Source: Candidatus Thorarchaeota archaeon (GTDB taxonomy: Archaea; Asgardarchaeota; Thorarchaeia; Thorarchaeales; Thorarchaeaceae). Taken from it: DNA of 64,000 bases. Positions 49,608 through 58,611 of this stretch are shown one piece after another. Position numbers and translations under genes: made by a program. Each line of letters opens with the position of its first letter. The stretch's first letter is position 1. The stretch spans positions 94,971 to 158,970 of the forward strand of contig SHMX01000003.1 in NCBI GenBank assembly GCA_008080745.1, read 5' to 3'. The notes under the pieces are model-generated. The model saw nothing but the letters and a program-made list of their open reading frames with translations, was not told where the DNA came from and did no database searches.

Positions 49608-50457
49608 TCAGAGGCAAATCTATTCTGAGTCCTGGTCGAGGCAGAGAACAGGTATACACTCGATCAAGCTCGACAAATCCCAACTTTGAGTCAATTTCTC
49701 GAAATGTTCCTTTGACTTGGAAAACGGCAGGCTCCAGAGTGACCAAAGAGATAGCTACCCGGAAACCATCTTGAATAATCAGACCTCTTTTTCTTTCTTG
49801 ATTTCGTATAATTGTAAGGCGATTTTTTGAAGCAGGATACACACCAAATTCCGGAAATAAACGGGGGTATCCATCAGACCCTATATAGGATATGACCTTC
49901 ACTGAGTCAACTCGAGTAAACCGTTCATAGACATTTAATGGCATATTTCCTTCTTTACTCTTCTTTCGTGGAATTTTCCGTGCAGATAGTCTTGCTCTCA
50001 GGTAAGAGGTCAATACTGATAGTTTGGAGATTCGATAATTTTCAGAAACTTCTGTTGGTATGGCTGTGCCAGCCATTCGTGCATTTGTATATTGGCTATA
50101 CCTGAATAGAGGAGTCATGGCAATGAATTCGTATACTTCATCATTCTTGTGAAATTCGCTAAAATCTGCTTGAATCATCCAATTGTCCAAGTCAGTTGTC
50201 ATAATAAGTAGCCCTAGTTCGTGATTACCATCTTCCAGGTTTCGCTTTGTCTTTTGGGTAAGGAAGTCACCATAGACCAAACGCTTTTCATCATATCGTG
50301 TCCAAGTCGTCACAAATGCAACATTTGGTTCGTTATCATTGGACTTGGTAGCCATAAACTTGGGTGTTTCCAATATCCCTAATGTTTCATCTAGTTTTCG
50401 AGGGAATCTATCTACCACAGGTTTCCACCTCAGTTCTAATTTTTTTAGGTGTATCAT
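49594..50457 (-). CDS. Tandem PNPOx-like (FMN-binding split-barrel) domain protein
   Basis: FMATKSNDNEPNVAFVTT...FLTQKTKRNLEDGNHELGLLI resembles pyridoxamine-5'-phosphate-oxidase-like barrel; a second similar half (ISYIGSDGYPRLFP...). Overlaps the activase gene by 50 nt. Confidence 0.35.
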   Translation of the reverse strand: MIHLKKLELRWKPVVDRFPRKLDETLGILETPKFMATKSNDNEPNVAFVTTWTRYDEKRLVYGDFLTQKTKRNLEDGNHELGLLIMTTDLDNWMIQADFSEFHKNDEVYEFIAMTPLFRYSQYTNARMAGTAIPTEVSENYRISKLSVLTSYLRARLSARKIPRKKSKEGNMPLNVYERFTRVDSVKVISYIGSDGYPRLFPEFGVYPASKNRLTIIRNQERKRGLIIQDGFRVAISLVTLEPAVFQVKGTFREIDSKLGFVELDRVYTCSLPRPGLRIDLPLIDPK

Positions 50458-51379
50458 TTTGTGTCATTCCGGACCAGACCACATTCTGAAGGCCTACATC
50501 TTTTGCGATTGACACGAAACGCTCCATTTCTTGAGTAGTGATAAGATCGCCATCACTAAGGACAAAGTCAAGACCTAGGACATCATATTTTTCTATGCAC
50601 ATTCGATTGAACGCTAACAGATCAAATCGCTCAACATTGTTGAGATTATCAAGGATGAAAGAGGCAATTGACTCAATATTATCATCGGTATCGGTATAAC
50701 CAGGAATAACCGGAGTGCGAATCCACATGGGAACATTTTCAGATGCAATCAGCCGAGCATTTTCCAGTATTCTTTCCAAATTTCCTCCAGTATATTCACG
50801 ATGCTTTTCTTCATCCATCACTTTCAAATCAAATAGTACCAAATCAATATGAGGGAGGATTCGTTCTAACACATCAGAAGAATAATACCCACAAGTGTCT
50901 AATGCCACATGAATGCCACAATTCTGCAACGAAGATGCCAGACTAATACTAAAATCGGCTTGAAAGAGTGCCTCACCTCCAGAAAGAGTAACTCCACCAT
51001 TTGATGTTTCAAAGAATACTTGGTCTTTGCTAAGCTCTTTCACTAGATTCTGTACAGACCATCGTTCGCCAAAAAATCTCAATGCAGTCGTAGGGCAGAT
51101 ATCAACACAAGTTCCACAAATCTTACATTTCTCTTTTGATATCTCCATCCCATTTGGAGAGAGCGTGAGTGCCCGTTCTGGACACTTCTCGATACAGGCT
51201 TTATCACCAATACATTTCTGTTCATACCACACTAGTTGTATTTCTTTTGGGATGGTTTCTGGATTTTGGCACCAGATACAGCTTAGTGGACACCCCTTCA
51301 GAAATGCGGTGGTTCTAATCCCAGGACCATCCTCTGTTGAAAATCTTTGGATATTAGTGACAATTCCTGTTAGTGTCAT
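50408..51379 (-). CDS. Glycyl-radical enzyme activating protein (radical SAM, with two auxiliary 4Fe-4S ferredoxin motifs)
   Basis: GCPLSCIWCQNPE (Cx3Cx2C) plus CIEKCPERA and CGTCVDICPTTA ferredoxin-like clusters; typical long-form GRE activase. Confidence 0.85.
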   Translation of the reverse strand: MTLTGIVTNIQRFSTEDGPGIRTTAFLKGCPLSCIWCQNPETIPKEIQLVWYEQKCIGDKACIEKCPERALTLSPNGMEISKEKCKICGTCVDICPTTALRFFGERWSVQNLVKELSKDQVFFETSNGGVTLSGGEALFQADFSISLASSLQNCGIHVALDTCGYYSSDVLERILPHIDLVLFDLKVMDEEKHREYTGGNLERILENARLIASENVPMWIRTPVIPGYTDTDDNIESIASFILDNLNNVERFDLLAFNRMCIEKYDVLGLDFVLSDGDLITTQEMERFVSIAKDVGLQNVVWSGMTQNDTPKKIRTEVETCGR

Positions 51380-53775
51380 TATAGGTTATGCTCCGTCCTT
51401 GCAATAATTTCCTCTTGAAGCTCTCTACCAATTTGTGTAAAGAATGCATTATATCCTGTGACTCGAACGAGTAGGTTTGAGTAATTGTCCGGATTTCTCT
51501 GAGCATCCCTAAGTGTTTCAGTATCAATGACATTTACCTGTAACGCGGTTCCTCCAATTTCATTGTACGCACGGATTAAGGCTGCTAATTTCTCAATATG
51601 TTCAGGGCTTCGTACCATAGAAGGACTCAATGTGATAGTATGAGATGCACCATTTGGAACAGTTTCCAATCCTAATTTTCCGACAGATTTTATTGATGCA
51701 GTAGGTCCCTCCGAGTCCATACCTTGAACTGCCCCCACACCACCTGACAAAAATTCACCTCTTCGTCTGCCGTCAGGCGTGGAAGCTGTAAGCGGAGCTA
51801 ATGGAATATAATAATTCCAACTGAGATATCCAGCTCGGTAATGGCGACCCGTAAAGGGGTTCTCATGTTTAAAGACTTCTTTAGCCCAGTACATAGAAAG
51901 ATCCCTTGCAATTGTATCTACATAGTCATCATCATTACCAAATTTTGGAGTCTTGTTTTTGAGTAATTGACGAATTTCTTCATATCCAACGAAATCCGAT
52001 CTAAGAGCCAGAAGTAGCTCATTCATGGTAATTCGTTTTTCATCAAAGACCATTTTCTTTACTGCTGCTACAGAATCAGCGAGTGTAGCAATCCCCATTC
52101 CTTCCATCGTGTTGAAGTTATAATCAGTACCGCCCTCATTGACATCTTTTCCTCTTTGGGCACACCCATCCATCAGAGCGCTTAGATATGGAGTTGGTTG
52201 ATATTTTGCACGTAGAGTATCAGCCGCATTTCCAGCATCTACTAATAGTTCAACAAGTACCCTCAACTGTGTTTTGACAGCAGCAACAAATTCATCATAA
52301 TTACGAAATTCTAGGGGGTTTCCCGTTTTCGCTCCAATTTGCTCCCCAGTCAGCATATCTTTACCATCATTGAGGGTAAATTCAATGGCTTTTACCAAAT
52401 TAATATTCACATCTACTGTATCAGACCTATCATTCCCCTGCATAGTATTTTCAAGACATCCTACAATACCATAATCCCAGGCATCTTCTCGAGGCACTCC
52501 CTGCCAAACCAAACCTTCTATGCTATGCTCATCAAAATTTAGGAGAAATGGAGACCCCTGTGCTTGAGCTATCATCTCCGAAACTCGCAATAAGAAATCT
52601 TGAGGGGTGTTCCTGTGAATACGAATGTTAGGTTTTGGCTCTAAGAGGTTCATTTCTTCAATTACTTCAAGTGCTAACCACGTGAGTTCATTGGTTAAAT
52701 CCTCTCCATCGGATCCACAACCACTTAAGGTAATCAATTGTCCAAAACTAGAATTAATTCCTTGATTGATTCCAATACTGCCTTGGAAATCATAGACGTA
52801 GTTATGTTTGATCCAATAACAATGAAGGAGCTCCTTAGCAAATTCTCGTGTAATTTCTCCAGACTCGATATCCTTCTTATAAAATGGATAGAGGTACTGA
52901 TCCCAACGTCCAGGTGATAGTCCAGCACCAGGGTAGGATTCCTCAGCCATGACAAGCATATGAATCATCCAGAGAGCTTGAAGGGCTTCCCAAAATGTAT
53001 CCGGAGGATTCCATGGGACATGCATACAGATTTCTGCAATTTTCTCTAGTTCCAATCTTCTAGTGGAATCCTCTTCCTCTTTGGCAATTGATTTAGCTTT
53101 CTCAGCATAGCGTTTGCTTACAAGATTAGCAGTCTTAAGACTAATAATTAGAGATTCTATAAATTCGATATGGCTAGAATCGTGAGTCTGATTAAGTAGT
53201 GATTCATACTCCTCAACTATACCTTTCAGTCCAATTTGTAATACTTTAGCATAGTTTGGAATCAAATGACCAGGAACACAAGCAGCAGTTCCAACACCAG
53301 TTTCATTCAAATGGCTAGCCGCGTCAAACCACTTCTTCATCTCTTTGTTACGACGTTTAGTTTCAGATTTTGTCAAACATCGAGAAAGTGCAGTATTAAA
53401 ATTGAAACCAATAATTAATTCTCCTTCAATTATTTCAACTGGCATATACTTGGTCATGACCTCTTGAAAGAAAATTGCACGGCGCAGCGGTAATGAATGC
53501 TTCCAGAAATCAGAGGGAAGGTGTACTCTAACCGCCATACCTTTGAGAGTCTGATCGATAGAGGGGAGAAATTGGTATAAAGCTGGCTCGTTAGCCCAAT
53601 CATGATAGGTGTAAACTTCATCCCAGGGAGTTCCGGTAGTAAAAGAATATGGTTCATTGGTAAGGTCTCGGTCATGAAACGAGTAGAAATGCTCTCGGAG
53701 CTTACTTACACGTTCAGATAGATCTTGTGAGGGCGACCAGATATCAACAGTGGGTTTTTCACGATCTATTGTCAT
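51379..53775 (-). CDS. Glycyl radical enzyme, PFL2/glycerol-dehydratase/CutC-like family (798 aa)
   Basis: C-terminal glycyl radical motif VRVTGYNAFF and active-site IVGCLEN Cys loop; overall length and N-terminal region typical of PFL2-type GREs; start overlaps the activase. Confidence 0.85.
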   Translation of the reverse strand: MTIDREKPTVDIWSPSQDLSERVSKLREHFYSFHDRDLTNEPYSFTTGTPWDEVYTYHDWANEPALYQFLPSIDQTLKGMAVRVHLPSDFWKHSLPLRRAIFFQEVMTKYMPVEIIEGELIIGFNFNTALSRCLTKSETKRRNKEMKKWFDAASHLNETGVGTAACVPGHLIPNYAKVLQIGLKGIVEEYESLLNQTHDSSHIEFIESLIISLKTANLVSKRYAEKAKSIAKEEEDSTRRLELEKIAEICMHVPWNPPDTFWEALQALWMIHMLVMAEESYPGAGLSPGRWDQYLYPFYKKDIESGEITREFAKELLHCYWIKHNYVYDFQGSIGINQGINSSFGQLITLSGCGSDGEDLTNELTWLALEVIEEMNLLEPKPNIRIHRNTPQDFLLRVSEMIAQAQGSPFLLNFDEHSIEGLVWQGVPREDAWDYGIVGCLENTMQGNDRSDTVDVNINLVKAIEFTLNDGKDMLTGEQIGAKTGNPLEFRNYDEFVAAVKTQLRVLVELLVDAGNAADTLRAKYQPTPYLSALMDGCAQRGKDVNEGGTDYNFNTMEGMGIATLADSVAAVKKMVFDEKRITMNELLLALRSDFVGYEEIRQLLKNKTPKFGNDDDYVDTIARDLSMYWAKEVFKHENPFTGRHYRAGYLSWNYYIPLAPLTASTPDGRRRGEFLSGGVGAVQGMDSEGPTASIKSVGKLGLETVPNGASHTITLSPSMVRSPEHIEKLAALIRAYNEIGGTALQVNVIDTETLRDAQRNPDNYSNLLVRVTGYNAFFTQIGRELQEEIIARTEHNL

Positions 53776-53965
53776 TATCTTTAATCTCCGAGATATTAAG
53801 ATGAGTATAGAAACTTGGTGAGATATAAGGAGCCCGAAATAGTATCATTGGGAAAACCTATATCCACAGGTACAAATTTTCATAGGGCGCTAGCTTTAAA
53901 AACTCGGTCGGCTCTCGGAGGCCATCCGCCCGAACACAGGATATTGGGCATCAGGAAGGCTTCAT

Positions 53966-55555
53966 ATGAAGAAACGAAATACTGTGATGATGCTCTTGCT
54001 CTTATCAATATTAGTCACAGGAGCAATTCAGGTCCAATCATTCGCAACAATAGGAAATACACAGGAAAGTGCAGTTGAAACTAGTATTCCAATAATAGTG
54101 CCAGCTGCTTACGATTCTGATAACATAACAATCGATTTACAAAGTCCAGCAGAGAATTCGGTAGTATCTGGTTCGTTCAATCTTACTCTGAATGTAACTT
54201 CAGATAATGGTGACCTGAATTTTACGCTTATAGTTGATGGGTCAATTCATCCTGATTTGAACAAGACCTCAATAACTACAGGCCTTCAGAATATCACAGT
54301 AGACACTACAGTTCTTAATGAAGGGCTTCTCAATTTCACGCTCCTCTTTGAAGAGAATCATACAGGAGTTCTTGAGAGAGAGTCACTCACTGCATTCTAC
54401 GAAGTTGATAATCACGGTGCACCATTGGTGCAAATTCTTGCTCCAGATACTGAAGATCTGATTACCGGACTCACAGATTTAATGGTCAATATCACTACCG
54501 ATTACGATGACATCAATGTCACTGTATTCGTAGATGGAGAGATTTTGGAAGAATACAACAACACGTTGGTTTCTGGTGGAACTGGAAATTATACGATAAA
54601 TGGTACCGCCTATGAGAATGGTGACCATAATGTAACAGTCAAAGCAGTGACTGCAGAAGGATTAACCGACAGCGCCTATCGTATATACACCTTCCTAGAT
54701 CATGTAAGAATAACCTTCAGAAATCTCGCTAATTATGAAACCATATCTGGTGAGGCCGTCATCCCTGTGAAAGTATTCACACCATATTCTGATGTTACGG
54801 TTTCAGCTTATGTTGATGGTGATTTGATACCAGATGTTAGCAACATAACATTACCAGAGGGGAACAGTGAGATTACCCTAGATACAACCCCATACTCAGA
54901 AGGAGAGCACAATATCACACTGAAGGCCTATGATGGTTTTGGACATGGATGGGAAACCACATTGATTTTAGTTGTGGATAACCATGGTATTCCAAAAATA
55001 GAGTTATTATCGCCAGATCAGGATATTGTGGTTGGTTATGTTGCATTTACTGTGCATATTAATTCTACATGGGATTCAGTAAATCTCTCAGTTTACATCG
55101 ATAATGAGGTCGTTGAAGGACTGGCAAATATATCGATTGACCTTACTGAAAACGACGGGGATTATACATTCTATATCGATACGAGTCTCTATTCCAAATG
55201 GGAACATACACTGAAAATTGTAGTTGTAACACCTGAAGAGATTACATCTGAAGAAGAAGGTACCTTTGGGTTTGCAAATATTCGGATTGAAGAAGTTATC
55301 AGCTTGGTGGCGCTTCTAGCTATAGCTATTGCCATTCCCATGTCAAGGAAGAAGAGTGGTCAACCACTACAGCCAATTATTCTAGCAGACGTATTGTTTG
55401 TTGCTGTAGTTATGGGATTATTCTTGCTACTTGGTGTGACTTCGATTCCAGTGGCAATATGGCACTTTAACCTGGCAAGTGTGTGGGCAGTTGGTTTAAC
55501 TCTAATTGGCTTAAACTGGGTAATGCCCTTTATTTCAGGTGAAGTTGAAGAATAA
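53966..55555 (+). CDS. Secreted N-glycosylated surface protein with about 5 Ig-like repeats and C-terminal TM anchor
   Basis: Signal peptide MKKRNTVMMLLLLSILVTGAIQV; roughly 90-aa repeats each carrying several NxT/S sequons (NLTLNVTSDNGDLNFT..., NITTDYDDINVTVFVDG..., HINSTWDSVNLSVYIDN...); C-terminal TM helices. Confidence 0.6.
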   Translation: MKKRNTVMMLLLLSILVTGAIQVQSFATIGNTQESAVETSIPIIVPAAYDSDNITIDLQSPAENSVVSGSFNLTLNVTSDNGDLNFTLIVDGSIHPDLNKTSITTGLQNITVDTTVLNEGLLNFTLLFEENHTGVLERESLTAFYEVDNHGAPLVQILAPDTEDLITGLTDLMVNITTDYDDINVTVFVDGEILEEYNNTLVSGGTGNYTINGTAYENGDHNVTVKAVTAEGLTDSAYRIYTFLDHVRITFRNLANYETISGEAVIPVKVFTPYSDVTVSAYVDGDLIPDVSNITLPEGNSEITLDTTPYSEGEHNITLKAYDGFGHGWETTLILVVDNHGIPKIELLSPDQDIVVGYVAFTVHINSTWDSVNLSVYIDNEVVEGLANISIDLTENDGDYTFYIDTSLYSKWEHTLKIVVVTPEEITSEEEGTFGFANIRIEEVISLVALLAIAIAIPMSRKKSGQPLQPIILADVLFVAVVMGLFLLLGVTSIPVAIWHFNLASVWAVGLTLIGLNWVMPFISGEVEE

Positions 55556-55560
55556 TAGAA

Positions 55561-56418
55561 TCAAACCAACCTAGTCACAGGAATATGTCTGTCAGTCTCC
55601 AAAGACCAATCAGCAACCTCCATAAATTTGGAGAGTTGATCTTTGGGGACTCGACTTTCCACTGTTTTACTTCTCCATTTCGATGCGTGTTTTCCAGTCT
55701 TAGCAATTACAACATCGACGTAAGCTTCTCCAGATTTCGTCACATCAACCACAAATTCAGAACCAGAGCCGTTCTTTGATATGATTGCACCATACCCTAT
55801 ACATTCATCTTCAACAGTGAATTCAAGAATGTGTCCCTTTCGCCGTCCATCAATTATGTCTGCTGCAGTATCAACTAAGAGTCCAGGATGAGATAGATTC
55901 GAAAAACGCAGACTTCGAGGTATTGTGGAGGAACCATTTAGAATTCTACACTTCACAATTCGAGACCGCTTTGTTGGTATATTATCAGGATGAGTTTCTA
56001 TCCGAACTAGTTCTCCACGCGAATAGTATTTTATCTTCATCCAAAAATTATAGGCCTCAGGCGGCGAATCCGCAATGACTCGTGTCACTCCCTTCTTTCT
56101 CAAGATTTCCTCAGCAGCTTGTGTAAGTGATTTTCCAATTGATTGTTTTTGATAACGTATATCCACACTCATATCACGGATGAGCCCAAGCTTACCAGTT
56201 CTGGAGTTACGTTCAGTTCGGAAAATTATTTCCCCAACAACTCTACTATCTATCTCAGCAACCAGCCAACCCCATCTGGAAAAATGTGAGCCTCTGTGAA
56301 GATCTTTGACTTCCTCTACAGTAGAATATCCATCTTGCCAGTGAGTTCCCATGTAAACGGTGAGCAAGTCCACACAATCTTCTAATCTTCCATTTCTGAT
56401 AGTGAGCATGACATACAT
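55561..56418 (-). CDS. GNAT acetyltransferase domain protein with about 130-aa C-terminal domain of unknown function
   Basis: YQKQSIGKSLTQAAEEILRKKGVTRV and NFWMKIKY GNAT motifs in the N-terminal half. Confidence 0.5.
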   Translation of the reverse strand: MYVMLTIRNGRLEDCVDLLTVYMGTHWQDGYSTVEEVKDLHRGSHFSRWGWLVAEIDSRVVGEIIFRTERNSRTGKLGLIRDMSVDIRYQKQSIGKSLTQAAEEILRKKGVTRVIADSPPEAYNFWMKIKYYSRGELVRIETHPDNIPTKRSRIVKCRILNGSSTIPRSLRFSNLSHPGLLVDTAADIIDGRRKGHILEFTVEDECIGYGAIISKNGSGSEFVVDVTKSGEAYVDVVIAKTGKHASKWRSKTVESRVPKDQLSKFMEVADWSLETDRHIPVTRLV

Positions 56419-56480
56419 CTCTCATTCGTTCTGTTGAGAGAGTTGTATGAAGTATGCACTTAAGATTGAGTAACACACGG

Positions 56481-57404
56481 TCACTTTGAGATAATATCCG
56501 CCACTCTAAGAACATTTGTTACCAGTTTGACACCTGAAGGGCCAAAAGCATAGAGTATAGGTTCAATCCCGATTCCACCAGGGACAGATATAGCAATTAA
56601 TGATGAGTCCCCTGGTTCAATACGTTCTATCTCAGCCAAAATCTCCGCGACATCACTACAAGCCATATCAAGTCGAAATGTGGCAAATCCAGATGATTCT
56701 GATGCTTTGATAATATCATCCTGCCCGCGTAATGATAGACAAGCCCTGGGAGTGTCCCATGCCCTTTTTGCGCCTAGTACAAGTTCAGCAGTATGACGTG
56801 ATGCACCAAATTGGGGATGCATCAATACACGTGCTCTGCCCTTAACTAGAGTGATTCTCCCCGGTACAGCAAGGACATCCTGAGGTGTTCTAGAGTTCTT
56901 TTCACAAACTACTAGGTTTGGTCTTACCTGCGGCATTAGATCGGGAAAAAGAGATGACTGTTCTAACATAACCAATGATTGCTTCATATCTTGTACTATT
57001 CTAGCACGACTTGTAAATACACTATTTGAACCACTCAGTAGTTCTGAACATATCTGACATTTCTCCTCAGCTAAATCAATATTAGTTGAAGAGTGACGAT
57101 GGCAAATCTCTGAACTGACTCTTGATAACATACAGCCTGAACAGAGTTCTTGAAGCACTTTAGAGGAGCTATAAGAGTCAGAAAGGAGTCGTTCCGCAAT
57201 ACGATTGGATAGAGCACCCACATCATATATTGTTTGGTTTGTCCTCGAATCACTACGCAGATATTTACTGACTGCTGCTTGTGTGATCCCCATTCGCGAA
57301 GCTATCTCTGTCTGAGATAGATTCTTTTCATACAATAACTTTGCCACTGTAGCTCGTACTAAGGGGAGATATTCGTTCTGGACAAGTTCACAGGGAGGTC
57401 GCAT
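56481..57404 (-). CDS. thiR: ThiR-like transcriptional regulator (HTH + ThiN domain)
   Basis: N-terminal LSQTEIASRMGITQAAVSKYL HTH; C-terminal region with MPQVRPNL ThiN-like motif; divergent from the ThiBPQ-like transporter. Confidence 0.5.
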   Translation of the reverse strand: MRPPCELVQNEYLPLVRATVAKLLYEKNLSQTEIASRMGITQAAVSKYLRSDSRTNQTIYDVGALSNRIAERLLSDSYSSSKVLQELCSGCMLSRVSSEICHRHSSTNIDLAEEKCQICSELLSGSNSVFTSRARIVQDMKQSLVMLEQSSLFPDLMPQVRPNLVVCEKNSRTPQDVLAVPGRITLVKGRARVLMHPQFGASRHTAELVLGAKRAWDTPRACLSLRGQDDIIKASESSGFATFRLDMACSDVAEILAEIERIEPGDSSLIAISVPGGIGIEPILYAFGPSGVKLVTNVLRVADIISK

Positions 57405-57479
57405 CGATAGGGTCTCCGAGACGTATTTATTGGGGTGTGTATTATAACTAAGTTGTATAACACAGATATAAAGGGATTG

Positions 57480-58601
57480 ATGATGTCAACTAGTTACCCA
57501 ACAAGAAAGAATCCAAAAACTATCATTTTGGCAATAGTGGTTGTAGCAACTATTGCAGTTGCTTCCTTTGCCATTCTGACTTGGCCAAGACCCAGTCTAA
57601 AGGTATACACATATGATAGCTTCATGCTTTGGGGAGATAATCCCGAAACCATTGATGAAACTGTATTTGGCCAATTCGAGATAGAACATGGAATTGATGT
57701 AGAAATTATACGGCTCCCAACAGATGCTAACGGCATTGTTTCCAGACTAGTTGCGGAGTCTGAGAACCCTCAAGCGGATGTTGTAATAGGTATAGACAAT
57801 ATCCTAATTTTACAAGAAGCTGCAAAGTCTGTTCTTACCCCGTATTCATCACCTAACGTAGACCTGATTGATGAGGAGGTAGTGGATGCACTTGATCCAG
57901 ACCACTATCTGATACCTTTCGATTTAGGTTTAGTATCAATAATATACGAAACCAATTTCATTAATTCAACATCCCATCCAACAATAGAGAATCTAACTTT
58001 GAGCAATCTTGCCACAGAAGAATTTGCTACATCACTTGTAACCGAAAACCCGCATCAGAGTAGTCCAGGACTGGCTTTTCTACTAAGCCAGATTACCATT
58101 GCTGAAAAGATACTGGAAACTGATTGGACTGATTGGTGGGATATAGTTAAGGACGATATCAATGTTCAGGCAGGTTGGACAGAAGCATGGACAATCTGGC
58201 ATGACTCAAGTGAGCGCAACATGTTGGTAAGCTATGGGACAGATCCAGCCTATTCCTCATACTATTCAGGGGAAGCTCCTGATATCGCTGTAGCTCCATT
58301 CCATTACAATGATAATGATTATTCATGGATGCAAATCGAGGGAATTGGACTGGTAAAGAATGGTCCAAACCAAGCTCTCGCAAAGCAATTTATTGACTAT
58401 TGCCTTACTGCACAAGTACAGCAATATATTGCCCTGAATCAGTGGATGTTTCCTGCAAATCCTAATATTGAATTAGATGACGCATTCCAATACGCACTGC
58501 ATCCAGAAGAAGTAAATCTTCTAAACACTTTAATGCCATCCTCAGAGATTGCAGCTAACCTAACACAATGGTTAGATGACTGGGATCTCATAATGGCATA
58601 G
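57480..58601 (+). CDS. thiB: ABC transporter substrate-binding protein, ThiB/TbpA (thiamine)/Fe3+ family
   Basis: N-terminal TM/signal anchor then a periplasmic-binding-protein-type sequence; first gene of an SBP-permease-ATPase operon; the track ORF begins upstream at a non-ATG codon (57435). Confidence 0.55.
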   Translation: MMSTSYPTRKNPKTIILAIVVVATIAVASFAILTWPRPSLKVYTYDSFMLWGDNPETIDETVFGQFEIEHGIDVEIIRLPTDANGIVSRLVAESENPQADVVIGIDNILILQEAAKSVLTPYSSPNVDLIDEEVVDALDPDHYLIPFDLGLVSIIYETNFINSTSHPTIENLTLSNLATEEFATSLVTENPHQSSPGLAFLLSQITIAEKILETDWTDWWDIVKDDINVQAGWTEAWTIWHDSSERNMLVSYGTDPAYSSYYSGEAPDIAVAPFHYNDNDYSWMQIEGIGLVKNGPNQALAKQFIDYCLTAQVQQYIALNQWMFPANPNIELDDAFQYALHPEEVNLLNTLMPSSEIAANLTQWLDDWDLIMA

Positions 58602-58611
58602 GTGTAGATGA

